DNA of 64,000 bases from a virus, in IMG/VR virus record IMGVR_UViG_3300042892_003815, positions 96,001-160,000 of that record, one strand, 5' to 3'. Each line of letters opens with the position of its first letter. The stretch's first letter is position 1. Below are positions 1 through 10,493 of the stretch, one piece after another. The translations under genes were made by a program, and so were the position numbers. A model generated the notes under the pieces. That model saw only the letters and a program-made list of their open reading frames with translations. It was not told the DNA's origin and did no database searches.

Positions 1-2
1 CC

Positions 3-1475
3 CGTCTTCCTCTAGGTACTGGTGAACAATCTAAATACTTTCTGGCAGTTTTAGAAGCAGGTGATAATTTCTTCCCATCTCAAACTTCTGCAACACAGTC
101 TGGAACACAATCGGATGTAAACACTGATTATATATTGAGTGTAATAAACCCATTGAGTGATATAGAAAAGAAAATTGAAGGTAAAATAGTTTTTATTGAA
201 GCTGGTAATTATATAATTCCTAATAGCACATTAAATGGATTACCGAATCCTTGGACAAATCCAAAAACTAACGTAGTAGTACCAAATAATACCGGAACTA
301 TTACATTTAATGGTGGTAAAAGTACTTCATCTAAAAACAACCTTGCAACTGATGCAATTCTTGCGTTACAAAACATAATTGAGGGTACTTATGGTTTAGC
401 AATTTATCTTAAATATACAGAACCAGCTGGACCTCCAGTAGTACCACCAAGTGATGCACCAACAGGTTCTTCTGCAAGTACTGTGACCGGTGCATCAGAA
501 AGTTCAATTCCCGGTGCAACTGCTAGTACAGTAGGAACACAAGAATTCACTTTTAATGTAGAACAATTAGATATATTCTCAAATGCAGACTTTGGTAATT
601 TATTTATTATTGGACAAGAAGATGAGACTTTATTATATGATGATGGAACAGATATTTATGGTAGTGAATATCTTGAGGATGAGTTTTCAGGATCTGATGA
701 AATTTCTGCGGAATTAATACAGGAAGATAATATAAATATTGAGGCATTGAATGACATCAAAGGATTTAATCCTGAGAGTCCAGATCCTGCTCTATCAACG
801 GATGTTGGTTCACCATATCCAATACCTAAAAATAAACAAGCAAACATTGACGCTATTGTGGCCGCAATGAAGAAAAAAGGAGTAACAAATAAATTTGCAC
901 AAGCCGCAATACTTGCAATTGTTAGTAAAGAGAGTGCCTTTGTTCCTCAAAATGAGGCATCATATGCAAAAACATCTGCAAGTAGAATAAAGTCTATATT
1001 TTCTAAATTTAGAAAATATAGTGACTCAGAAGTTGATAGAATCAAAAAAATACCTAAAGAATTTTTTGACATAATATACGGTGGTAAATATGGAAATGCT
1101 ACGAATGAAGGATATAAATATAGAGGAAGAGGATTTAATCAATTGACATTTAAGGCTGGTTACGAAGAAGCACAAAAAAAGACAGGACACAAAATAGTAA
1201 CAGATCCTGATTTAGTTAATACAATACAAGTTGCCTCGGATTGTCTTGTTGTATATTTTCTACAAAGAATGGCCGAGATGCCAAGTAAATTTAAAACTCA
1301 GTATAATTTCTCAGGTAATATTAATGATTTTAAAACACTGAATGATGCAACTGGTGCAATTTATCATGCAAATGCTGGTTGGGGTAATTCTTATAGTCTT
1401 CTTGTTGCAGATTCAACTGGTGGTAGAAAAAAGGCATTTTCGGCAGCACCAAGTCTTTATAAAAATTTAGCATAA
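3..1475 (+). CDS. Baseplate/tail-associated protein with C-terminal GH19 (chitinase/lysozyme-like) domain; 5'-truncated by window edge
   Basis: Frame is open from nt 3 (RLPLGTGEQ...), so the TTG at 135 is not the true start. C-terminus has GH19 motifs AILAIVSKES and KYRGRGFNQLT. Lies among baseplate genes. Confidence 0.8.
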   Translation, partial: RLPLGTGEQSKYFLAVLEAGDNFFPSQTSATQSGTQSDVNTDYILSVINPLSDIEKKIEGKIVFIEAGNYIIPNSTLNGLPNPWTNPKTNVVVPNNTGTITFNGGKSTSSKNNLATDAILALQNIIEGTYGLAIYLKYTEPAGPPVVPPSDAPTGSSASTVTGASESSIPGATASTVGTQEFTFNVEQLDIFSNADFGNLFIIGQEDETLLYDDGTDIYGSEYLEDEFSGSDEISAELIQEDNINIEALNDIKGFNPESPDPALSTDVGSPYPIPKNKQANIDAIVAAMKKKGVTNKFAQAAILAIVSKESAFVPQNEASYAKTSASRIKSIFSKFRKYSDSEVDRIKKIPKEFFDIIYGGKYGNATNEGYKYRGRGFNQLTFKAGYEEAQKKTGHKIVTDPDLVNTIQVASDCLVVYFLQRMAEMPSKFKTQYNFSGNINDFKTLNDATGAIYHANAGWGNSYSLLVADSTGGRKKAFSAAPSLYKNLA

Positions 1476-1534
1476 AGATATAGTCTAATAAGAACTAAGA
1501 TTATTTATATATAATACAAATATAATTTAACCTA

Positions 1535-3769
1535 ATGGATCTAAGTAAACTTTCTACTTCTACAAGTGCCGAATCAATTGTTGGGGCTCCTCCGAAATAC
1601 TCGTATAAAGCAGGAACTTATACTATTTTTAATAAAGAGACTGGACAAATTGAAACAGTTGATCTTAATAGAATTAGAGGTGATTTAAGATCAAACATTG
1701 ATAATATTATTAAAAATGGGACTCCTTGGCCACAAGCAAGCATTGATAAAGGATTTTTATCTCCATATTTTATAGGACCTAGTAAAGATTTTAGATATGG
1801 TAGTACACCAAAATCAACTGAACAATATACTAGTGGTAATACCGATACCACTAATCCTGAAAATAACTTAGAAGCCACTCCTGATACAGTAAATCAGCTT
1901 AAGATAGGTGAGTATGAGTATGTTGATTGGTTGGGACAACTAATAAAACCAGGTGCAAATTCTACTATTTTAGATACTGATGAGAGATTTAGTGAGAGTA
2001 AAAATTTACCAAAAAACTCAAGAGATCTAAAATCATCTCCTTATAGTACACGTGATCATTACTTATTATTTAACGATACAAGAACTGACTATTTCAAACA
2101 TGGTTTACAAATAATTGATAATTTAACTCCGATTGAAAATCCAGAAAATGGTAAATCAGAATTACGTTTATCACAATTTCAACAAACACCTTTTGAAAAT
2201 AACGATCCTGTTATGTTTGGATTTGAGATTATAATAGATGATATATCTTCTCCATTATTAAATGGATCAGTACTTGACTTTCTAAAGATATATAGTGGAG
2301 TTGATGAGATAAAATATAAAATTCCTGTTTACGAGGACTTCAAACAACAATTTGTGAAATTATTTAGAACTAAAACTACGGTAAATATAAATGACGAACA
2401 AATATCAATTAGTAAAACCAAACCTGGTTATGCAAATACTGATAGTTCTAAGGATCTTTTTAGAGGAGGTAAAACATCATATATGAGTTACTATCTTAAA
2501 AAAATTGGTGGATTAGATAATCTAATAGAATCAAATACTACCGATAAGAAAAAATTCCTAGTTGATTATAGAACCGATTTCATTACTCTTGATTTTAATG
2601 AGGATGTTTCACTAACAATGGGTACTTTGGCACATTTATATAAATTACTATATTGGTCTAAACCAAATGGTAAAAACTTAGTACCTGAAAATCTACTAAG
2701 ATTTAACTGTGATATTATAGTTTCTGAATGTAGAAATTTTAATAGAGTTAGAAAAGCAATAGATGGTGGTAATCTTGAAGTAATTAAAGATAACTTATCT
2801 AGATATGTTTATTCATTAAAGGAATGTCAGTTATTTTTTAATACAATGCCACATGGTGCTGATGTTGATATGTCTAATATCGCTACATATGATAATTATA
2901 GTATTCAATTTGATTATAAATACTCTACCGTTAAGTTTGAAAGATTTATGCCATCTGCCAATTTTGGTAAATATATTGGTTATGATGGTGGTGCTATTTG
3001 GAAAATAGGTAATCCTGGTGCAAGAGTGCAAAGAGGTGGTACACAATCAACTACTAGTGATACTTCTATACCTAGATTTTTTACATCGGGTACTAATACA
3101 ACTAATGACAATGGAGTTAAATCACCTGCAATATTAAATAGATTAGGTGTTAATCTACCAGATAATCCGTTAGGATTTACAACTGATGAGAAAGTAGGTG
3201 ATTTAGAAGCAACTGCTGCCGAAAATAATTTTGACTTAGATAAATTTAAAAGATATGCTAAAGATCAAACTGCGATCAGTGCAGATCTAAGTAAATTAGT
3301 TAAAGAGCAAAATCAAAAATTAGAGTTATTAAATAATCCTAAAACAGTATTAAAAACTACAGCAGAATCTACAATAAAGAACTTTGCTGAGAAAAATAAA
3401 ACAATCGGAGTACCAACATCTCTTAAAGAACTAACAAACAAAAAAGCAGATACTAATCTTGGTAACTTTATTGAAAGATTAAAAGATAAAACTGTAAAAA
3501 GTGCTAGACAAGAACTATCAATATTAGTAAATGGAAGAGTTAGTTTATTGTCAAGAACAATAAATAAACTTTTAATTGATTTTGTTGGTAAAAAAGGAAT
3601 TAGTCCACCTCAAAATATTTATACGGGTCCACAAGATCCAATGGGTATTGCATTGACAAACACAACTGATAGATTCTTCTATGATATTAGAAATGAATTA
3701 GCAAACTTTGCGGGTGGTGCAATTAGTAATGTCTTAAATGGTGGTATTAGTAGTTTTACTAGAAGATAA
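1535..3769 (+). CDS. Putative baseplate/tail structural protein
   Basis: 744-aa ORF between the lytic baseplate gene and the gp5-like gene, with an AT-rich TATATA element upstream; no catalytic motif recognised. Confidence 0.5.
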   Translation: MDLSKLSTSTSAESIVGAPPKYSYKAGTYTIFNKETGQIETVDLNRIRGDLRSNIDNIIKNGTPWPQASIDKGFLSPYFIGPSKDFRYGSTPKSTEQYTSGNTDTTNPENNLEATPDTVNQLKIGEYEYVDWLGQLIKPGANSTILDTDERFSESKNLPKNSRDLKSSPYSTRDHYLLFNDTRTDYFKHGLQIIDNLTPIENPENGKSELRLSQFQQTPFENNDPVMFGFEIIIDDISSPLLNGSVLDFLKIYSGVDEIKYKIPVYEDFKQQFVKLFRTKTTVNINDEQISISKTKPGYANTDSSKDLFRGGKTSYMSYYLKKIGGLDNLIESNTTDKKKFLVDYRTDFITLDFNEDVSLTMGTLAHLYKLLYWSKPNGKNLVPENLLRFNCDIIVSECRNFNRVRKAIDGGNLEVIKDNLSRYVYSLKECQLFFNTMPHGADVDMSNIATYDNYSIQFDYKYSTVKFERFMPSANFGKYIGYDGGAIWKIGNPGARVQRGGTQSTTSDTSIPRFFTSGTNTTNDNGVKSPAILNRLGVNLPDNPLGFTTDEKVGDLEATAAENNFDLDKFKRYAKDQTAISADLSKLVKEQNQKLELLNNPKTVLKTTAESTIKNFAEKNKTIGVPTSLKELTNKKADTNLGNFIERLKDKTVKSARQELSILVNGRVSLLSRTINKLLIDFVGKKGISPPQNIYTGPQDPMGIALTNTTDRFFYDIRNELANFAGGAISNVLNGGISSFTRR

Positions 3770-3782
3770 TAATTTATAAGTT

Positions 3783-5723
3783 ATGAAAGTAGAAGCAAAT
3801 AAAACATATATTGGTGTTGTTGAAGATAATAACGACCCTTTAAAAATTGGTCGTGTTAAAGTTAGAGTTCTAGATGTCTTTGATGATATTGAAGTAAGTG
3901 CTATTCCATGGGCCAGTCCTTGGAAAGATCTTAATGGTAATCAGTTTAATGTACCTGAGAAAGGTAAAGTACTTTTAGTTGTATTTGACTCAGGTGATGA
4001 ACACAAACCAGAGTTCATCTCAGCAGATCACTATAATGTAAATTTGGAAAAGAAGCTAACATCATTATCTACAACTGATTATGTTTCTATGAAGTCACTT
4101 ATATTTGATCATAAGACTCAAATATATGTAAATGATAAAGAAGGTCTAAAAATAGACTATAAGTATAATAATATCAATATTACAGAAAATACGATTGATC
4201 TTAATCTAAAAGACAATAATAGACATGTAAATATCGGAGATGCAACCGCTGGACAACAAGCAATTTTAGGAAATCACTGGATGGACTGGTTTGACGAGTT
4301 TGTTGATAATTTAATGGGTGATAAAGGTGGTCCTTACTTAGGTAATTTAGGTGCTCCAGTTGTTACTAACCCTGCTATGATACAAGTTTTAATGAAGTAT
4401 AAACAATTAAGAGATCCGGTTTTTTTATCTCACCACGTAAATATTGTAGATAATAATAAAGTTTCAACTGTTAAAAATACTAGTAGAGAAGATACACCAC
4501 AAGTTGGTGATGCTTGGAATTCTACAAAGAAAGATAATGATTTAACTTCTAAAACTAATGAAAATTTTAAACCAGTGGATGGGCCTAAACCAGAGTATAA
4601 TGATAAACATGTGGAACCTGCAACTACCCCTGCTGCTACCCCTGCTGCTACCCCTACAACTGCTGGTGCAACCACGAGTACTACCAATGGTGTTACTACC
4701 AATGGTGTTACTACAGGTGCAACCACGAGTACTACCAATGGTACAACAAATGCTATAAATACTAATCCACCTGCAGAGCCATTATCATCACCAACATCTA
4801 ATCCAAAAATAGATACTCTACTTAATTTCTTAAAATCTAAGAAATATAGAACTTATGATCAAATAGGTGTATTAAATATTGTTGCATTCCAATCAAGTAA
4901 AAAGGATAATGGAAGTATTTCAAATAAATTTGATGATATATTAAATGTATTTTATAAAAACCAAAATGGTAATTGGGAGTTATTAGAATATCAAATTACA
5001 ACAATGCCTGGTTATTTTCCAAAAACTGAATTATTACCAGAGGGCGTTGGTCTATTAGCATTAGGTCAATATGCAGATTTGTGTAGATTGGATAATTATG
5101 TATCCGATCCTACTACAACTCCAGTTAAAACTGATAAATGTATAAAGGTTGATGAAGCAACTATACATATAAATGACTCCACAAAGATTTATAATTATAA
5201 ATCAGAGAAAATAAATGTAAAATCAATTGTTTTAATTCATAAGTCAAGTGATGTGGGTTCTGCAGAAAATGTATTTAACTATTCTGGTGGTGCACAAGTA
5301 TTTAAAACAGTATCACAATGGGAACAGTTTGTAACATTATGTGAGAATCAAATTAGTATTGCTAAAAAAGATACATTTACTTATACTTTTTGTAAACAAA
5401 GTGAGTTTGATAATTTTGTTCCAACAAGTGAAACTGTTACATCTACACCAACAGTTGTGGCAACTAATACAACAAGCCCTTTATTAGATTGGTCTGCAGG
5501 TAAAATGGTTAGTAAAGATTTATATATTGATAATGATATAAAAGTTGAATATATAATTACTCAAGATACTAAGGTAGGTACTTATCAAGGTGTTTTAAGT
5601 TCTACAAATGGTCGAGATCTGAAAGGTGAAACTTATATAGATACTAATTTAGAACTATTACAAAAGACTTTAAAAGAGGAAGCACAAAAGGATTTTGATC
5701 AGTTAAAATCAGAAAGAGGTTAA
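3783..5723 (+). CDS. Baseplate central spike/hub (T4 gp5-like OB fold), T/P-rich linker and degenerate L,D-transpeptidase-like C-terminal domain
   Basis: N-terminus YIGVVEDNNDPLKIGRVKVRV...IPWA...VPEKG...VVF is the gp5/VgrG OB-fold signature. Confidence 0.8.
   Translation: MKVEANKTYIGVVEDNNDPLKIGRVKVRVLDVFDDIEVSAIPWASPWKDLNGNQFNVPEKGKVLLVVFDSGDEHKPEFISADHYNVNLEKKLTSLSTTDYVSMKSLIFDHKTQIYVNDKEGLKIDYKYNNINITENTIDLNLKDNNRHVNIGDATAGQQAILGNHWMDWFDEFVDNLMGDKGGPYLGNLGAPVVTNPAMIQVLMKYKQLRDPVFLSHHVNIVDNNKVSTVKNTSREDTPQVGDAWNSTKKDNDLTSKTNENFKPVDGPKPEYNDKHVEPATTPAATPAATPTTAGATTSTTNGVTTNGVTTGATTSTTNGTTNAINTNPPAEPLSSPTSNPKIDTLLNFLKSKKYRTYDQIGVLNIVAFQSSKKDNGSISNKFDDILNVFYKNQNGNWELLEYQITTMPGYFPKTELLPEGVGLLALGQYADLCRLDNYVSDPTTTPVKTDKCIKVDEATIHINDSTKIYNYKSEKINVKSIVLIHKSSDVGSAENVFNYSGGAQVFKTVSQWEQFVTLCENQISIAKKDTFTYTFCKQSEFDNFVPTSETVTSTPTVVATNTTSPLLDWSAGKMVSKDLYIDNDIKVEYIITQDTKVGTYQGVLSSTNGRDLKGETYIDTNLELLQKTLKEEAQKDFDQLKSERG
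4622..4745 (+). repeat. Coding tandem repeats in the gp5-like linker (TPAA, TTNGV, GATTSTTNG)
   Basis: CTACCCCTGCTG x2-3, CTACCAATGGTGTTA x2, GGTGCAACCACGAGTACTACCAATGGT x2; all in frame. Confidence 0.85.
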
Positions 5724-5770
5724 AAATAATATTTCATATTTAATATATAAATAAAAAATAATATTTTATC

Positions 5771-6037
5771 ATGACAAATCCACAATACTTAGTTAATATC
5801 TCTTACGTACCAATGTATAGAGATGGTTCGGTTGGAGTATATGCAACACAATCAAATGGTAGTAGTTTATTAGTTAGTCAATCAATTGTTTATTCTGGTG
5901 GTTACTTTCAAGCAAGTATGCCGGAAGTTAAAATCTATGCAACAGGTTCTTCTTATGCAAGTGCATTAAATAACTTAATGATTATTGCAACTTCATCTTC
6001 AACACCTAATAATGGTATGGAACCTATCGGTCAATAA
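5771..6037 (+). CDS. Small hypothetical, probably virion protein
   Basis: 88-aa S/T/N-rich ORF with AATATATA upstream and a terminator downstream. Confidence 0.6.
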   Translation: MTNPQYLVNISYVPMYRDGSVGVYATQSNGSSLLVSQSIVYSGGYFQASMPEVKIYATGSSYASALNNLMIIATSSSTPNNGMEPIGQ

Positions 6038-6041
6038 AAAT

Positions 6042-6068
6042 AAAAACCTCTTTTTAAAAGAGGTTTTT
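6042..6068. terminator. Bidirectional intrinsic terminator
   Basis: AAAAACCTCTTT-TTA-AAAGAGGTTTTT between convergent genes. Confidence 0.85.
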
Positions 6069-7691
6069 TTATGTTATGTTTCCACTACTTAGTTTAGGAC
6101 CAATATATCTAAAAGCAAATGTTTGTGATGGATTTCTGTCTGCAACGGATTGCCACTTTTTGACAGAGTAGTTTTGTTTAACTGCACCACCGCCACCACC
6201 TGCAAATCCTTTAGAGCTATTTGATACTACATTCCAACTACCATCATTATTTTTAGTATTAATTACAACTCCTATATGACCTGCTTTACTTCCTCTTGCC
6301 GTATTTAATATATCTCCAGGTTGTGCATCCTGCCAAGATATTTTACGATATAAATTACCATTTGAGAACCAACCTGCAAGTTCTCCAGTTCCTTTACTAC
6401 CAAAGTCACCAATAGATTTTGGATTAGATTTTACTGCACTACCTGTTCTCATATTAACACCAAATGCTCTGTAGAACATCATAGAAACTGCCGATGCACA
6501 ACCAAGAGCACCTTGTTCAGTTCCGGCAATATCATATGTTGGATGTCCAATATGACTAATTGCAGATGCTATTAAGTCACCAATCCATTGTGAATTTAAT
6601 AAATTAAATCCTTGCTGGCTTGTATGTGAATACTTTGTTGGTAGTGATAAAATCTTACCGGTAACAACATTACCTGGATCATATGAATCCTCAGTAGATG
6701 TTTCCTGTATTGAACTTGCTGCAGGTTCAACATCTGGGATACTCGCAGGAGCTTCATCTGAACCGACAAATTCAGATTCCGTATATTCATCTATACCTGG
6801 TGAATCATCATAAATAAACTCATCTTCTTCAGTACTAGGATTATTTAACAAATCTTTTTCTTTAACTTTACCAACATAAACTACAAATGATGTTATATCA
6901 CTTTTAACCTTTATTACATCTGGTGGTAAAACTACCGTCATTTTTTCCTTAGGTGGTTCATTGACCACTACTTTTACTGTAGGTGGTACTTCTGATTCGG
7001 GTGTTTTTAAAGGACTTTTATAAGGTATTATAGAACAACTTTCATTATCTGGTGAACAAAGTGCTAACTCTTCATAGTTAGGAACCTTTCTTTTCCAAGC
7101 TTCAATAACATCTCGTATTATTGAAAGATCGGTAACCAAACCACCATAAACTTGAGTTGGTTTATCAAATGATTTATATTCAATTTCTTGACTTTTACCA
7201 AATTGTAGTAAAGATGGTTCATCTATACCAATAATATTAAAAACAGTTTTATCAATTGATGGATTTCTATTTATTTCTTTTCCAGAGTCATCACTATAAG
7301 TTAGACCACCGGCCGTAAATTTTCCATCACTCCAAGATATAAATATTTGTGCACCATTATTCAAGTAATAAGGATCTGCACCATAATCTCTCCATTTTGG
7401 AGTTTTAATTTCCCAAGGATCTTGTATTATATCATAGGTTTTTCCGCCACCATCAATTTTAGAGTTCATAGTTATAAAATCATCTATAAATTGATCATCG
7501 GTAAACTCTTTATAGATGTCTTTCTTTCTATATGTCGTTGCTATCCAAACTGGTCTATCATTATTAGTTCCTACTAATATACGTTCATCTGCACCAAATG
7601 TTCGCCTTTCTTCATATATAGTTACCTTAATATCTAAAGTACCTGAATTCAGATCTCTTCTTCTTATTCTTACCGATTTAATCTCTTTCAT
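6069..7691 (-). CDS. Baseplate-associated protein with C-terminal NlpC/P60/CHAP-like amidase domain
   Basis: Papain-like Cys/His motifs LGCASAVS...QPGDIL...GHIGVV. Confidence 0.65.
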   Translation of the reverse strand: MKEIKSVRIRRRDLNSGTLDIKVTIYEERRTFGADERILVGTNNDRPVWIATTYRKKDIYKEFTDDQFIDDFITMNSKIDGGGKTYDIIQDPWEIKTPKWRDYGADPYYLNNGAQIFISWSDGKFTAGGLTYSDDSGKEINRNPSIDKTVFNIIGIDEPSLLQFGKSQEIEYKSFDKPTQVYGGLVTDLSIIRDVIEAWKRKVPNYEELALCSPDNESCSIIPYKSPLKTPESEVPPTVKVVVNEPPKEKMTVVLPPDVIKVKSDITSFVVYVGKVKEKDLLNNPSTEEDEFIYDDSPGIDEYTESEFVGSDEAPASIPDVEPAASSIQETSTEDSYDPGNVVTGKILSLPTKYSHTSQQGFNLLNSQWIGDLIASAISHIGHPTYDIAGTEQGALGCASAVSMMFYRAFGVNMRTGSAVKSNPKSIGDFGSKGTGELAGWFSNGNLYRKISWQDAQPGDILNTARGSKAGHIGVVINTKNNDGSWNVVSNSSKGFAGGGGGAVKQNYSVKKWQSVADRNPSQTFAFRYIGPKLSSGNIT

Positions 7692-7692
7692 A

Positions 7693-8211
7693 TTATAATC
7701 CTCCTATTGAAAATCTACCATCTACTATTCTAACCGGTTCTCTTGGTGTATCCAAAACAACTGGTGATAGTGAAAAGTCATTCTCTATATAATTTTGTCT
7801 ATTAGGATCAACTCTAGTAGTTTTATTAGGATTATTTTGAACTCCTAACTGTTTAATAACATCATTATTAGTTTGTTCTAGAACTTCCGAATATCTGTAA
7901 GTTTCAAATTGACCCATTGTTGGAAATCTTAAAACCATCCCTTCTTTAATATTTAATGGATTATCTATATTATTTATTCTTAAAATAATATCGATATTCT
8001 CTAGCATTTCATAGATTGAATTTGGTGTTATATTATACATATTTTGAAATATCAAATCAATACGCATTTCATCCGTATCAGTTACAGTATATTCTTGCCA
8101 GTTATCTATAGAAGCAGAATCATTTTTAAAGATAATAGTTGGTTCAAAAAGATTATAAACCCCATCAGTAGTGTTAAACTTAATTGTTTTATATAAAGAA
8201 AATATATCCAT
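7693..8211 (-). CDS. Baseplate wedge protein (T4 gp53/LysM-like)
   Basis: YTVTDTDEMRIDLI...Y...ILRINNIDNPLNIKEGMVLRFP, the LysM-like pattern of gp53/tail-X proteins. Confidence 0.7.
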   Translation of the reverse strand: MDIFSLYKTIKFNTTDGVYNLFEPTIIFKNDSASIDNWQEYTVTDTDEMRIDLIFQNMYNITPNSIYEMLENIDIILRINNIDNPLNIKEGMVLRFPTMGQFETYRYSEVLEQTNNDVIKQLGVQNNPNKTTRVDPNRQNYIENDFSLSPVVLDTPREPVRIVDGRFSIGGL

Positions 8212-8227
8212 TTTTTATTTTTATTTT

Positions 8228-10438
8228 TTAAAGTCTAAACCCCGTCCAATCTATGTTTTGTAATGTTGTTCCTATTGTTGAGTTTGGATCCGGAACTACA
8301 CTTTGTGAATTAACTGATTCTTTTACAGTACCTGCCGCAGTTGCCGCAGTTGAATTTACGTTTGCACCAACTGTTGTAACTGAATTTTGTACATTGGTTA
8401 CTCCATTTTGTGCAGCTGTAACTGCACCGGTAATTGCACCTGCACCACCAGTCACAGTACCTGCCGCGGCTGCCGCTGCATTAGCTGCAGCTGTTGCTCT
8501 GGCTGCCAAAGTTGCCGCTTGACCTTGTCCACTATTTACAGCCGCAGTAACACCATCTAAACTATTCTGTGCATTGGCTAAATTAGTTGCCGCACCTGCA
8601 GTTAAATTAGGAACCCCAGTACTAATATCTGTATTAAAGTTATTTGCAAATGTAGGAACAGGTGGTAATTGAGGACCTGCCGCAACTGTAGCTATTGTAG
8701 GTGTAGTTACCGGTGCAGTTGTTGGGACAGTTGCACCAGCTACACCTGCCACTGATCCAGGTGCCACTGCACCTGCCACTGCGTTTGTTGTAGCACTAGT
8801 ATTTGTAGGATTTGTACCGGAACTAGTTTGTGGTGAAACATAAATCTGATCTTGAAGTCTCTCTCCATGATTTAGATCATTTGTATCCTTAACAATAGTA
8901 ACAACCCTAATAGAACCGGAGTTAAACTTCGCAGCAATTTCTTGTAGACCCCAAGGTCTTGCATTAGTTAAAGTAAATGTTGCTTTTATATTTGATGGTA
9001 AGTCATTAAATGCTAATGTAGCTCCTAAATCCAATGCCAAATCTGAATCCATATACATATCACCTGCACAAAAAACAGGTCTTAAAGGATTACCAATGGT
9101 AATATGCCAAGGTGTTGAAGGTGCTCCACTAAGTGATCTTGCTATACCTTCAAGTGCAATTCTATATTTGTTAAGTTGTCTAGATAGACCATTTTTTAGA
9201 TCATCAATAAGTTTTTCTGCATAGCCTTCTGCACTAATCTCTTCTAATTTAGACTTGTTTTTTTCAGCGGTTTCTTTCTCCCTTTCTGCCTTTGCCTTAT
9301 CATCTTGAGGTGCAAGTGTTTCTTTGATACCATCTATCATCTCTTGTATAGAAGTTATTGCCTTATCTAATCCTTCTTTAATATATTTAACCATGTCTTC
9401 AACAATTGTTTCTGGATAATCCATCCATTTCTTCATAGTTTTTTCAAAAGAACCTTTTAATCCATAGTTATTACTTCTAGATGTCGCAAATGTTAGTATT
9501 TTACCCAGAATATCCTGCCAAGCAATAGTTGGATCAATACCAGATATGAATTTCTGTTCCCACTCACAAATCATTTGTATAGAAACTGTACAATTTAGTC
9601 CTGACCCAGCCGCCTCACTCTTAATGGTTTGTCTTCTTTTTGCCATCTTGATAAGATTGGGATTTCCTGAAGGAAGTGGAGTTTTCATATCATCTTCAAT
9701 AACACCCAATCTCGCCAATACCGTTCTTTGTATTGTTTCAGTAAATCCAGGTAAAGGAACAACTGCAATACCACCACCAATTTTTTGACCAAGTGTTTTA
9801 CCAAGAAAGTCTTCACCTAAAGAGTCTAATACTGATTTAAAATCAGCTTCTGCGTCTTCCCATTTTTCTCCAAATGAGATTTTTAAGAAATCTTCACCTT
9901 GTGGCTTCCATGAGATCATAATAGCAAGTGGTTGTCCAGTTGGAAGACCTTTAAGAAAAATATTATCATTATGTGGTGTTCCAAATCTTCTTGCAATCAT
10001 TAGTCTATTATTAGGAAAAACACCAACATCTTTAAGATATGCAAAGTCAGAAGGTCTCAACTCTGCTTGTGTACCAGATAGTTGTTCAATTATATTTAAT
10101 AAACTTGTATCATATACTGTGTTATTATGTAAACTACTTCTTTTAATACCCTTATAAGGACCAGACATATCCATACCACCACCAGTTGTTGTTCCTAATT
10201 TACCAATATTACCATAAGGTGCAACTGATGCAGAAGCAGATCCACTAAATAAAGATCTAGTACCTACTGATCCGGAAAAATTACCAGTTGTTTGGTTCAT
10301 TTGACCACTAGTCGCATTATTATATGCGTTTACTGATATTTTTCTACTGGCACCACCATTAAATGTTGACATACCATCAGAAGTTGGTAAACTTCTAACA
10401 CCAATAAGACCAAGTGGAGAACCGCCTAAAATAGCCAT
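8228..10438 (-). CDS. Baseplate/tail-tube-associated structural protein with Ala/Thr-rich C-terminal tail
   Basis: 736-aa ORF in the baseplate cluster; WHITIGNPLRP...FNDLP...ATFTL segment; low-complexity C-terminus. Confidence 0.5.
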   Translation of the reverse strand: MAILGGSPLGLIGVRSLPTSDGMSTFNGGASRKISVNAYNNATSGQMNQTTGNFSGSVGTRSLFSGSASASVAPYGNIGKLGTTTGGGMDMSGPYKGIKRSSLHNNTVYDTSLLNIIEQLSGTQAELRPSDFAYLKDVGVFPNNRLMIARRFGTPHNDNIFLKGLPTGQPLAIMISWKPQGEDFLKISFGEKWEDAEADFKSVLDSLGEDFLGKTLGQKIGGGIAVVPLPGFTETIQRTVLARLGVIEDDMKTPLPSGNPNLIKMAKRRQTIKSEAAGSGLNCTVSIQMICEWEQKFISGIDPTIAWQDILGKILTFATSRSNNYGLKGSFEKTMKKWMDYPETIVEDMVKYIKEGLDKAITSIQEMIDGIKETLAPQDDKAKAEREKETAEKNKSKLEEISAEGYAEKLIDDLKNGLSRQLNKYRIALEGIARSLSGAPSTPWHITIGNPLRPVFCAGDMYMDSDLALDLGATLAFNDLPSNIKATFTLTNARPWGLQEIAAKFNSGSIRVVTIVKDTNDLNHGERLQDQIYVSPQTSSGTNPTNTSATTNAVAGAVAPGSVAGVAGATVPTTAPVTTPTIATVAAGPQLPPVPTFANNFNTDISTGVPNLTAGAATNLANAQNSLDGVTAAVNSGQGQAATLAARATAAANAAAAAAGTVTGGAGAITGAVTAAQNGVTNVQNSVTTVGANVNSTAATAAGTVKESVNSQSVVPDPNSTIGTTLQNIDWTGFRL

Positions 10439-10493
10439 AACTAATAATTATTTTTTATATACTATATATAAAATATTACTAATCTCTGATTAT

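Noticed and set aside
4622-4745. CRISPR-like repeat array
   Set aside because: Repeats are short, in-frame and lack unique spacers; this is a coding low-complexity linker.
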